From assembly GCA_046593815.1 (NCBI GenBank), contig JBKJQV010000347.1, positions 1-48,974 of the forward strand: a DNA stretch of 48,974 nucleotides, written 5' to 3'. Position 1 is the first letter of the stretch; every line of letters starts with the position of its first letter. Both the position numbers and the translations under genes were made by a program. Below the pieces are notes generated by a model that was not told the origin of the DNA, made no database searches, and saw only the letters and a program-made list of their open reading frames with translations. Shown here piece after piece: positions 16,594 to 25,195 of the stretch. The DNA is from Sediminibacterium sp. (GTDB lineage: Bacteria > Bacteroidota > Bacteroidia > Chitinophagales > Chitinophagaceae).

Positions 16594-16914
16594 ATGTGTA
16601 AAATAGGAGGACTAGAGACGGTAAAGAGTATTTTAAAAAAACGTTTAGCCTTTGCAGGATATAATGTAACAATGGATTTTTTAATGAATTGGATAATGAA
16701 GGCAACGGCTTTAAGTGAAGAGGTGGAGGTGTTAAAGAAAGATTTGGCATTAAAGGAGGGCGAGATAGTGATTTTGAGTAACAAGTTAAAAAATGAGTTT
16801 AGTAATGTGAATGATATACATGGATATATTAGAGAAAAGGCAGAGAAAGTAATTACGATTGAAGGCTGGATGGAAGGGAAATTTCAAATAATCAGTAGAA
16901 AAACAGTGAAATGA
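16594..16914 (+). CDS. Hypothetical protein
   Basis: ORF track; A-rich leader. Confidence 0.65.
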   Translation: MCKIGGLETVKSILKKRLAFAGYNVTMDFLMNWIMKATALSEEVEVLKKDLALKEGEIVILSNKLKNEFSNVNDIHGYIREKAEKVITIEGWMEGKFQIISRKTVK

Positions 16915-17165
16915 GAATAGTATTATTAATGTTATTGTGTTTCAAAATGCAGGGGCAAGTAGATACGGGAATTTACCAATGGTATGTGAGGGGGAATAAG
17001 ATTGAGATAAGGAATGACACGTTGAGAGCGGAGTTCTTGATAGTGGGGGGAAATAGAATTAGCGGCTGGTATGTAAACCCTACGGAGAGCCATGGAAGTT
17101 CATGCCTGGATAAACGGAAGAGAGTAATACGAAGAAAAGATATATTAAATATAAAAATAAGATAA
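16911..17165 (+). CDS. Hypothetical protein with signal-peptide-like N-terminus
   Basis: MRIVLLMLLCFKMQG-Q. Confidence 0.6.
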   Translation: MRIVLLMLLCFKMQGQVDTGIYQWYVRGNKIEIRNDTLRAEFLIVGGNRISGWYVNPTESHGSSCLDKRKRVIRRKDILNIKIR

Positions 17166-17650
17166 TGGAGGAGGTAAAATTCAAGGACGGAAATATTTGC
17201 AAGGCTAGTTACGAGGCTGGGGAGTTGATTATTAAGTTTGCCAGTGGTAAGGATTATAGATATTTTGATGTCCCTAGTCCGGTGTGGGAAAGATTTAAGA
17301 ATAGTCCTAGTCCGAATAACGCGTATTTTGCGGAGATAAATGGAAAATTCAGACATGAGATAATGGGAAATGTGATAGAAGGGAAGGAGGAAAGATCTAT
17401 TCATATCAATAAGAATGTAAAGAAATTTGAGCGCCTTGGAGGCACTGGAATTAAGATAAGTCCTAAGTCAACGGTAAGTAAGTGTTATCCAGGATTAAAG
17501 ATTACCATTCCTGGGGAGAGCATAGTGTTGGAAATAGAAATTGGGAGTGGTCACGATGCGTATGTGGTGATGGGAATTGAGGCGTGGGAGGCAATAAAGA
17601 GACGTGAGGCTATAAGGCTGGATACTATAAATGATCATAAGAGATTGTAG
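17165..17650 (+). CDS. KTSC-domain protein
   Basis: Y....LIIKFASGKDYRYFDVP..VW..F..SPS...YF...I.GKF. Confidence 0.8.
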   Translation: MEEVKFKDGNICKASYEAGELIIKFASGKDYRYFDVPSPVWERFKNSPSPNNAYFAEINGKFRHEIMGNVIEGKEERSIHINKNVKKFERLGGTGIKISPKSTVSKCYPGLKITIPGESIVLEIEIGSGHDAYVVMGIEAWEAIKRREAIRLDTINDHKRL

Positions 17651-18318
17651 TATTTAAAGAGTAGTCCGATTTCAAATTTAAAAAAAGGTACTGGAACAAA
17701 TTTATTCTTAATTCTAAAACAGGTTTTAGTAACGGGAATGTATGAGTCTAGGATGAAAGCATCCAAAGACAATTTTATTATTTCACGATTATAGTAAGAG
17801 AACAATAGATGATCGAAGGGAAATAGGAAAGGAGTTGTTGTGGTTATTCCTAATTTACGATCTTGCATCGGATATGCGTAGTCAGAAAAGATGACGGCTG
17901 TTTTCCCTATGAATACACCATCTGGGACGCAAGTAATATTTTTATAAGTTAGATTAAGGAATGGATAGAATCCGTCTGCAGAAATATCGGCATCACGAAT
18001 AAGCTTATATTGTTTTTTATCTGGACCGAGGATATAATCTGGGTGCAGTAATTTTTGGTCTAATTTGTAATTGAGACAAGCCTGAACTATATCGCTTCCG
18101 AGATCCAATCTTTCTTGATTATTAGTATTAAATAAACTTAGTTGCTCTGGTGTAATTTTAGTAAGGAATACATGGATGAAATCGGATGCATGTTTGAATT
18201 TTTGTTTTTTAAGTTCTTTGTATAGGTGTGGGTCTGTATGGTTTGCTAGGTATAGCTTATACTGAATGACATAAGGGTTGTAGTCTAGTATTTTACTTAA
18301 GAATTGATGATTATTCAT
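17635..18318 (-). CDS. Hypothetical protein (start revised to MNNHQF)
   Basis: The upstream extension in the ORF track is antisense to the tmRNA and is unlikely to be coding. Confidence 0.65.
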   Translation of the reverse strand: MNNHQFLSKILDYNPYVIQYKLYLANHTDPHLYKELKKQKFKHASDFIHVFLTKITPEQLSLFNTNNQERLDLGSDIVQACLNYKLDQKLLHPDYILGPDKKQYKLIRDADISADGFYPFLNLTYKNITCVPDGVFIGKTAVIFSDYAYPMQDRKLGITTTTPFLFPFDHLLFSYYNREIIKLSLDAFILDSYIPVTKTCFRIKNKFVPVPFFKFEIGLLFKYYNLL

Positions 18319-18366
18319 GGTGTAAAAATAATACAAAAAATAATAAACAGATATTAAAAATTTACA

Positions 18367-18374
18367 TATCTTTG
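18367..18374 (+). promoter_or_regulatory. -7 promoter box for tmRNA
   Basis: TATCTTTG ending 4 nt before the GGGGACG 5' end. Confidence 0.75.
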
Positions 18375-18378
18375 TATC

Positions 18379-18678
18379 GGGGACGAATTGGAATCGACAG
18401 GGGATAACAGGAAAGGGATTAGCAACTGACAATCCGAAAGCGGATGAAAAAGTAAATAACGAGTTTTTATCTCGCAGTAATGCGAAAATGGAAGTAAGAA
18501 ACGCAATGCGTTCAAATCTTCTACGCGCCAATTTCAGAGGCGTAGGAAAAGAAGTGGCTTTGGCTGCCTGAGAATATTTTTTTTTGATTGTTTTTATTAA
18601 GTCCTAACGAGGCTATGTTGCTTAAACTGAACTTTTTATGATTCATCTGGACCGGAGAATCGAAGCTCCGCGTCTCCA
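18379..18678 (+). ncRNA. ssrA: tmRNA (one-piece, ~300 nt, CCA not encoded)
   Basis: 5' GGGGACGAATTGGAATCGAC; acceptor stem GGGGACG/CGTCTCC-A with G3:U70 alanine determinant; T-arm CGGAG/CTCCG; internal frame ending EVALAA-TGA at 18571. Confidence 0.9.
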
Positions 18679-18736
18679 GGTCTATAATTAATGTGCCTCC
18701 ACGCGGCATAGACTGGGTAGTGCTAAAACATTAAAA

Positions 18737-18874
18737 ATGATAGAATTTGAAGAAAATCCTTATTACGAACATGAAGAAGAAGCCAATTATTTTTGGTCAG
18801 GTTGTTTTCCTTGGATTATTGTTGGCATCGTTGTAGTAATTATTGTTTTATTAGCCTTTATATTTTTAAAATGA
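18737..18874 (+). CDS. 45-aa single-pass membrane protein (not in the ORF track)
   Basis: Own translation: MIEFEENPYYEHEEEANYFWSGCFPWIIVGIVVVIIVLLAFIFLK; ATGA overlap with the thioredoxin gene. Confidence 0.6.
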   Translation: MIEFEENPYYEHEEEANYFWSGCFPWIIVGIVVVIIVLLAFIFLK

Positions 18875-19701
18875 CAGAAGAACAAATTGAAATTATCAAT
18901 AACAACGGACTTGTTGTTGTTTATGTTGGAGCCGTATGGTGCGCGCCATGCGTTTCGCTAAAACCAGTATTAAAAAGATTATTGGAAAACATAGGAGGCA
19001 AGATAATAGAATTAGACTTGGATATAGTGGGGCATGATCCGGAATGGAAGCATCTTAGAAGCATTCCGTTTGTTCAAATATTTAGAAACGGACAAATGCA
19101 GGAACAAGGCAATTATAGGTGGCCTGATCTTGCTGCTGCAGTAAAAGGACATATTTTAGAAGGGTTTTATGAATGGCTTATCAAACAGGAAGCAACAGGA
19201 TATGCTTATAGGAGGTATAAAATAGAAAACAGGAAATTAATGCGTGGCGAAAAGATAATGGGAAAGATCATTATACCTGATAACTTTTTTACCACCACGG
19301 TTACTCCAATGGATGGGGATACATATATGAGTTTTATTGATCCACGTGGGAATATATTAAGAAGCGATAGTACTTATTATGTTGATGAGGACGCTGAAAT
19401 ACATGAGAATCATAGTGATATCAAACCTATAGAAGAATGGGATGAATTGGAAAAGAAAATAGCAGATAGCGTAGAAGTTCATTTGAATAATCCATTGGCA
19501 CCAGCTGACATGGAAGTAAAAATAGAACACGATCCCATTTTTGATAAAGCTAGCAATGATAAATTAACGGAAGATCTTAAAATGGCTAAAATTAAACGTA
19601 TTCACCCCAAAAAAGTGGTGGAATCTTTAGTAAAAAAGCAAAAAGCTGAAAAAACAACTAAGGAAAAAGTAGTTAAAGTAGCTAAAAAGAAAAAGGGATG
19701 A
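18871..19701 (+). CDS. Thioredoxin-domain protein with acidic then Lys-rich C-terminal extension
   Basis: VVVYVGAVWCAPC active site and cis-Pro motif RSIP; start revised to ATG 18871. Confidence 0.85.
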   Translation: MTEEQIEIINNNGLVVVYVGAVWCAPCVSLKPVLKRLLENIGGKIIELDLDIVGHDPEWKHLRSIPFVQIFRNGQMQEQGNYRWPDLAAAVKGHILEGFYEWLIKQEATGYAYRRYKIENRKLMRGEKIMGKIIIPDNFFTTTVTPMDGDTYMSFIDPRGNILRSDSTYYVDEDAEIHENHSDIKPIEEWDELEKKIADSVEVHLNNPLAPADMEVKIEHDPIFDKASNDKLTEDLKMAKIKRIHPKKVVESLVKKQKAEKTTKEKVVKVAKKKKG

Positions 19702-19898
19702 ACGAAAGAATGGAATGTGAAATAGCCAAATTATGTAAAATGGCTGAAGATGATCACACTGTCTTTATCAACGAAAAAAATTGGTGTCCCGGCTTGATGG
19801 AAGAGCTTTTGAAAAGAGATTTAATTTACACTGTTCCGAGCAAGCATTATGGAGCGACAAAAGAAATATTTTTTAAAATACAAAATGATGTTTACTAA
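19698..19898 (+). CDS. Hypothetical protein
   Basis: ATGA overlap with the upstream gene. Confidence 0.6.
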   Translation: MNERMECEIAKLCKMAEDDHTVFINEKNWCPGLMEELLKRDLIYTVPSKHYGATKEIFFKIQNDVY

Positions 19899-20153
19899 AT
19901 GAATATATTGGATTGGATTGGATTGGATAACGCTTGGGATGCTAAAAGTCGTACACGAAAATACACTAGAAGCTTTATTTATATGAGCATAAAGAACGAA
20001 GCAGATAGAGGATTTAATACAGCAAAGATTCTTATACACATTCCGCTATGGGATAGTTTCCGAAAGCAATTAAAAAGAAGAGGCTTTGAGGTAGAATATG
20101 AAGGAAAAAATCACGACACTCAATATTTAGTAAAAATTACTTGGAAAATTTAA
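19899..20153 (+). CDS. Hypothetical protein
   Basis: Abuts the previous gene; I...A..G...L...GFEV...I.W pattern. Confidence 0.7.
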   Translation: MNILDWIGLDNAWDAKSRTRKYTRSFIYMSIKNEADRGFNTAKILIHIPLWDSFRKQLKRRGFEVEYEGKNHDTQYLVKITWKI

Positions 20154-20198
20154 GAATGGATGCAGAAAAAGCATATAAATAATTATTAAACAATCAAA

Positions 20199-20663
20199 AT
20201 GATGAAACAAAATGACATTTTATACCACAATTCACAGCACAAAGCTTATGTGGTTGTTGCAGTGGGCGACAAGTTGAGTTTGCTTAAAAGAATCACTTTA
20301 AAGGCATTGGAAGAAGCAGATGGCGGATGTTGCATAGCAGTAATTAGTAATGAATTAACATGTGATGACCTCCTTGTGAGAACTGATGTTGAAATGGTCG
20401 GACCTATGAATGAAACAGGAACAAACAGAATCGCACTACCTGTTTTCACTAAATTCGGAATTTGGCAGGATAGTCCATCCAGCTATATGTTATCAATTGG
20501 AAATCCATTTTTGGATCCGAGGCAAACAGAAATCGTATTAGGAAGGAAGAAAAGATATTTGGAATCATTAGAAAAAAGCAAACCGGTGGTTCCCAAAGAG
20601 GTAGTAAAGAAGCCTGTGGTTCGTAAAGCTGTGGCCAAAAAAGTAATTAAAAAGCGTAAGTGA
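20199..20663 (+). CDS. Hypothetical protein with Lys-rich tail
   Basis: 154-aa ORF followed by a terminator. Confidence 0.75.
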   Translation: MMKQNDILYHNSQHKAYVVVAVGDKLSLLKRITLKALEEADGGCCIAVISNELTCDDLLVRTDVEMVGPMNETGTNRIALPVFTKFGIWQDSPSSYMLSIGNPFLDPRQTEIVLGRKKRYLESLEKSKPVVPKEVVKKPVVRKAVAKKVIKKRK

Positions 20664-20704
20664 AAATATTAAAACCTTAAGCAAGTCTTCGAATAACCAA
20701 AATT

Positions 20705-20738
20705 AAGCGGTGGGGCATTAGAATCCTGCCGCTTTTTT
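20705..20738 (+). terminator. Intrinsic terminator
   Basis: AAGCGGTGGGG...TCCTGCCGCTT stem running into a T tract. Confidence 0.75.
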
Positions 20739-20839
20739 AATATAAAGACACAGGCATAAACACTGCTAGTAAAAAATAAATAAATGTATATATTATACAA
20801 ATAATTAATATATATTAACTAAGCAGCTATAAATATAGG

Positions 20840-20847
20840 TACATTTG
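20840..20847 (+). promoter_or_regulatory. -7 promoter box heading the packaging/structural operon
   Basis: TACATTTG upstream of the ORF at 20870. Confidence 0.55.
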
Positions 20848-20869
20848 AGCTTAATTAACTGATAATAAT

Positions 20870-21214
20870 TTGGAATTTAAGGACATAAATGAATATTACT
20901 ATGCGTTAATTTCGATGGCTTCGGCAATACTTCCTTCTACAAAAAAAGACGATAAGTTAACTGAGGCGGAGATAAGATTTTTAACGGCATGTTGCGTTTA
21001 TAAGCATGAAGGTAATTCATTGGCCTTATTCAGTCCTTTGGCTAAATACTTAGTCAATGCTAAGGTCTGTAAAAACACCAGACTGGTTTCATTTTATAAA
21101 TATAGACTAGGAATGAAGAAATGGGTAAAAGTATCCAGAGATGTATTTGAGTTAAATGATTTGTTGATTTCGCCAGAGGAACTTAAAACTTTTAAATTTG
21201 TCTTTAAAGGATAA
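20870..21214 (+). CDS. Hypothetical protein, possibly winged helix
   Basis: KLTEAEIRFL...YKYRLGMKKWV pattern. Confidence 0.65.
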   Translation: MEFKDINEYYYALISMASAILPSTKKDDKLTEAEIRFLTACCVYKHEGNSLALFSPLAKYLVNAKVCKNTRLVSFYKYRLGMKKWVKVSRDVFELNDLLISPEELKTFKFVFKG

Positions 21215-21614
21215 TGTTATTTTAAAATGGAATATTGACACTGAGATAGGGTTAATAATCAATGAAATTGCAGAAAGTAAAGGGTTGTCAACTGCTGAGG
21301 TGAAAGAGATTTTAATGATTTATTACCACAATATAGATCAATGCATGGAGTTTAATTCGCTTCCAATGATTAGATTTATAGGAATAGGCAAGCTAAAAGC
21401 GCCTCCAAGTTATATAAATTCATATCTACAGAAGGCAAAACCTAGTTTAACGGAAGCTGATAAGCAAAAAAAGGAGGAATTAATGGAATCTATGAGGCGA
21501 AGGATAGGAGAAAAGATTAGGAGAAAAGAAATCAGAGTCAAATATACAAAAACAATAGAAAGAATCAAAAATGAGCAAAAAAACGTCAATATTGGGGAAC
21601 ACAAGCAGGAATGA
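21198..21614 (+). CDS. HU/IHF-like DNA-binding protein
   Basis: IINEIAESKGLS..EVKEIL...IRFIGIGKL; IHF-like genes are typical of crAss-like capsid modules. Confidence 0.7.
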   Translation: MSLKDNVILKWNIDTEIGLIINEIAESKGLSTAEVKEILMIYYHNIDQCMEFNSLPMIRFIGIGKLKAPPSYINSYLQKAKPSLTEADKQKKEELMESMRRRIGEKIRRKEIRVKYTKTIERIKNEQKNVNIGEHKQE

Positions 21615-22116
21615 ACCTGGCTGGGAAGCTAAGGCATATGCAGAATTTGTTCAAAATCCCATTCCGGAGGTACTATCACAGTATGAATTTCCTGCTGACA
21701 TGATTTTAGTGGATATATTTGCATTAAGGCCAATAATGGAGTCGGCTTTAATACTTCCTGATGCCATGACGGACACGGAAAAGGGATTTATGTGGATGCC
21801 AATAGCAAAAGTTATGTCTGGTGAAACGGAAATGATAAAAAAAGGGGATATTGTTAGAATTTCGGATTTTAAAGTTCTGGTTTACGCTAATCCTAAATAT
21901 GAAGAATGGAATACATTAAAAAATAATCCAACAATAACCAAATTAGGCGAGGCACCACCAAAATACACCACCAAATTTTTCGAAAGCTTTATGAGGTATT
22001 CATTTGCGTTATCACCAATCCCTAATGAAGTAATAAGTGAAACATTACGGTTGTTTTTGATTCCAAAATTTGAAATAATTGCTAAAATTAAGGACCCATA
22101 TGTTATATTTAGTTGA
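21571..22116 (+). CDS. GroES-like co-chaperonin-related protein
   Basis: DMILVD...ESALILPD...AKVMSG...IKKGDIV pattern. Confidence 0.5.
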   Translation: MSKKTSILGNTSRNEPGWEAKAYAEFVQNPIPEVLSQYEFPADMILVDIFALRPIMESALILPDAMTDTEKGFMWMPIAKVMSGETEMIKKGDIVRISDFKVLVYANPKYEEWNTLKNNPTITKLGEAPPKYTTKFFESFMRYSFALSPIPNEVISETLRLFLIPKFEIIAKIKDPYVIFS

Positions 22117-22504
22117 AATATATGTAGGATCAGTCATCATCGCCTTATTGATGAATTACAACTTAAAGTCACATGGACTTAAAGGAATAAGTTGGGCGAA
22201 TTGCTTCAATCCAATAAAAATAATAGGGGTTGCAATTGGGTTCACTTTGAGTTACATGTTTCCATTGCATATATTCGAACAATATATTTTAAGATTTTAC
22301 GATGTTGACTGTAGAGCTGAATGTTTGATTGGAAATGAGGGAAAATGCGTATCTTGTGGATGCAATACCAGGGCAAAAATGTGGTCTCCATTTGAAAGTT
22401 GCAGTAAGAATAGATGGGCTAAAATAATATGGTCAAGAAAAAAATATAAAGAATATAGATTAAAATATCCTGTACAAATCAAAACACAATATGGCATTAT
22501 TTAA
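22079..22504 (+). CDS. Membrane-anchored Cys-cluster protein (true start probably ATG 22100)
   Basis: Two hydrophobic segments followed by C..C.....GKCVSCGC...K......C....W. Confidence 0.7.
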   Translation: MLKLRTHMLYLVEIYVGSVIIALLMNYNLKSHGLKGISWANCFNPIKIIGVAIGFTLSYMFPLHIFEQYILRFYDVDCRAECLIGNEGKCVSCGCNTRAKMWSPFESCSKNRWAKIIWSRKKYKEYRLKYPVQIKTQYGII

Positions 22505-22850
22505 GAACGACACAATTAACATTGGCAATATCAAGCCGCAAGCAAAAATCGAAGTATTTTGGGCCTTCGAGGAGCTGAAAAGAAGCGACATTGCTACTTA
22601 TCTTGAAAACGGGGTAAGGGTATATGCTATTGAGAAGAACTGTAGCTGCCAAGGAGAAACAAAAATAAGCGATGCTGGAATAGCTCTTGTCTATAATGAT
22701 AAGGGGTTGGAGCAGGTAATCGATAAAAGCATTAGAGTCTACCTTGACAATGGGAATATGCCTGTAAGGGTAAAAAATGATCGAGGGATAGAAGAATTCA
22801 ACAGTCAATTAGGATCACTTCAATTAAAATTCACAGGAACTGCCAAATAA
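22491..22850 (+). CDS. DUF1573-like Ig-fold protein
   Basis: INIGNIK....EVFWAF...EKNCSC...K.IRVY...LKFTG pattern. Confidence 0.5.
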   Translation: MALFKNDTINIGNIKPQAKIEVFWAFEELKRSDIATYLENGVRVYAIEKNCSCQGETKISDAGIALVYNDKGLEQVIDKSIRVYLDNGNMPVRVKNDRGIEEFNSQLGSLQLKFTGTAK

Positions 22851-22865
22851 CTTAAAATGAAGTAG

Positions 22866-25193
22866 ATGGCTAAGGCGTTAGAGCCAATTAATATTATTCC
22901 TTTTCATATCTATAATCGTCCTGCGTTTTTAGAGCAGAATCACCCTATAATAAATCCTAGAGATCCGGAGTATTCAAAGTATTGGTGGGAAGTTACGGAA
23001 AAATGTATTTATGGCAAATGGGGGTATGATTATGACGATGAATTAAAACTCGGAGGCTGGAGATGGCAACCAGGAAATTTATATTTTTACATTGAGTTCA
23101 CCCCTATTGAAGTACAAGGAGAAGATAACTCCACGGATCAAGAAACGCCTACATTGCGTTCAATAGATTGGCTTAAGTTTTACGGCATGGTTACTTGTGA
23201 TGGGTTTTCCGGAATGAGCGATGACGAAGAAATAACATGCTACCGACCTATTCAAAAATTAGAACAAGGGCTTACACTTAAACATGCCGAAAGAATACAG
23301 TTAGAATTAGAATCCGAATATGTAAAGAAAAAAGACGGCACGTATAAGAAATACATGGATGCCAGGGAATATCTGTATATGGTCCATGATAAACCAAAGG
23401 GAAGACCGAATTGGAGAAATGAAGCACAGAACTGGCTTGAATTAACCACCAGGGGATTAGGAAAATCATATACAATAGCTAATGCTGAAATAGCTTATAC
23501 GTTTTGCTTTAATGGATGTAGGACAATCGAAGATTTAAAAGAAGGCAAGAAAAACGCTACGATAACTGTTGGATCTAGCTTAAGTGAATATACGGATGAC
23601 TTACTTAAAAAATTCTCAGACACATATGAATGGCTACGTACACATTATGGATATTACCATGATGGAATAAGAGAAACATATGGCTGGTTTTGGCATCCAA
23701 CTGAAGGGCAATTGACTATATCCGGGAAGGTATTCACTAATAAAGTGGAAAAAAAAGGAGGACAGGGCAAACTTGGTGCCGGTTCCAAAATTTACAATAT
23801 AACTTATTATAAAAAAGATAATGCAGCTATTGGTAAAAGGGGAAAGTATATTGTCGATGAAGCAGGAACATTAGAAAACTTCAAGAAAGTCCATGGCTTC
23901 AATAATGCGGCACAAAACAGAGAAAGCAAGTTTACCAAATCAGTTTATTCCGGAACAGGTGGTTCAATGACTCAAATTATAGGAATCAAGGATGCATTTA
24001 CAAATCCTGCCGCTTATGATGTTTTACCATATGAAGACTTGTTTGGATATAATAATTTATATACAGGATTATTTGTTCCAGTTTACTATAGGAAGAAGAT
24101 CTATTTAGATAAAAATGGTAATTTAAAATTACAACAAGCATTTGAAGATGAATTAGCAGATAGGAAGAAAAAGGCTAAAGATAGTACCCAAGCTTATGAT
24201 GAACATGTAATCTCTTATCCTTTTTGGCCGCACGAAATGTTCATGCAAGCGAAAGAGAATTTATTTCCTACGGTATTACTAGAAGAAAGATTGAGTGAGC
24301 TAGAATCAGGAGAATGGACCAAAATAGCAAAACCAGGTTGGCTAGAATATACCGATAACGATAAAACTAAGGTTGAATTTAAATTAGACCTTCAAGGTAA
24401 ACTTGAAATATTAAATAGATACGAATCAGAAAAAAAGGCTAAGAGTAAAAAGGGAGGTATTGTTATTTATGAAATGCCAATGGCTGATAAGCCTATTTCA
24501 ACATACAAAAATCCATTATATCTTACAGTATATGACCCAGTATTAAAAGACCTAGATGGAACATCCGTTTGTGCGGTAATCGTATTTAAGTTTTTTTATC
24601 CTAAAGATATGGATACAATACAATTTAATATTGTTGCTGAATGGTATGGAAGAAATGACACTTTGGATGAAAACCATGAAGTAGCTTGGAAATTAGCTTG
24701 TTTTTATGGATCTAAATTATTGCCAGAGATAAATAATGCGGATATATTAAGAAACGGAAAAGATACTTATCGTTGGGGTACTTTTCAACCAAAACCAAAA
24801 GGAGCATTGGGAGAATTTAACCAAACTAAAGAATATGAAGTAGGGGTCCTTATTACTGCAGGAATGAAAGGGTCATTAGCATTATACCTAAATGAAATGT
24901 TTAACACAATAATTGATAAAAAAGTAACAATAGAAGATGGCGTTGTTATTGAGAAAAATATAAAAATGGCATCACAAATTCCATCTATTAGAGTAATCGA
25001 TGAAGCATTACAATATGGAGATGGAAACTTTGATGCAATATCCGCAATGTTTCTTGTCAGTCTTATCCATAGAGACAGCGTATTAATCCCTCATTCAACA
25101 AATAAACCAAGCGAAGAAACACTAAGATCATATAAAAGATTTGTACAGAAAAAAACATACAAAGTATTACGTCACCCAGCCTACAGCAAATAA
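22866..25193 (+). CDS. terL: Terminase large subunit (crAss-like)
   Basis: Walker A TTRGLGKSY, Walker B YIVDEAG, GTGG coupling motif, nuclease YDP...D and GNFDAISA. Confidence 0.93.
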   Translation: MAKALEPINIIPFHIYNRPAFLEQNHPIINPRDPEYSKYWWEVTEKCIYGKWGYDYDDELKLGGWRWQPGNLYFYIEFTPIEVQGEDNSTDQETPTLRSIDWLKFYGMVTCDGFSGMSDDEEITCYRPIQKLEQGLTLKHAERIQLELESEYVKKKDGTYKKYMDAREYLYMVHDKPKGRPNWRNEAQNWLELTTRGLGKSYTIANAEIAYTFCFNGCRTIEDLKEGKKNATITVGSSLSEYTDDLLKKFSDTYEWLRTHYGYYHDGIRETYGWFWHPTEGQLTISGKVFTNKVEKKGGQGKLGAGSKIYNITYYKKDNAAIGKRGKYIVDEAGTLENFKKVHGFNNAAQNRESKFTKSVYSGTGGSMTQIIGIKDAFTNPAAYDVLPYEDLFGYNNLYTGLFVPVYYRKKIYLDKNGNLKLQQAFEDELADRKKKAKDSTQAYDEHVISYPFWPHEMFMQAKENLFPTVLLEERLSELESGEWTKIAKPGWLEYTDNDKTKVEFKLDLQGKLEILNRYESEKKAKSKKGGIVIYEMPMADKPISTYKNPLYLTVYDPVLKDLDGTSVCAVIVFKFFYPKDMDTIQFNIVAEWYGRNDTLDENHEVAWKLACFYGSKLLPEINNADILRNGKDTYRWGTFQPKPKGALGEFNQTKEYEVGVLITAGMKGSLALYLNEMFNTIIDKKVTIEDGVVIEKNIKMASQIPSIRVIDEALQYGDGNFDAISAMFLVSLIHRDSVLIPHSTNKPSEETLRSYKRFVQKKTYKVLRHPAYSK

Positions 25194-25195
25194 CC

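Noticed and set aside
18319-18709. Minus-strand ORF 18521-18709 and the 5' extension of ORF 17635-18531
   Set aside because: Both are antisense to the tmRNA and its promoter, with no protein-like features.
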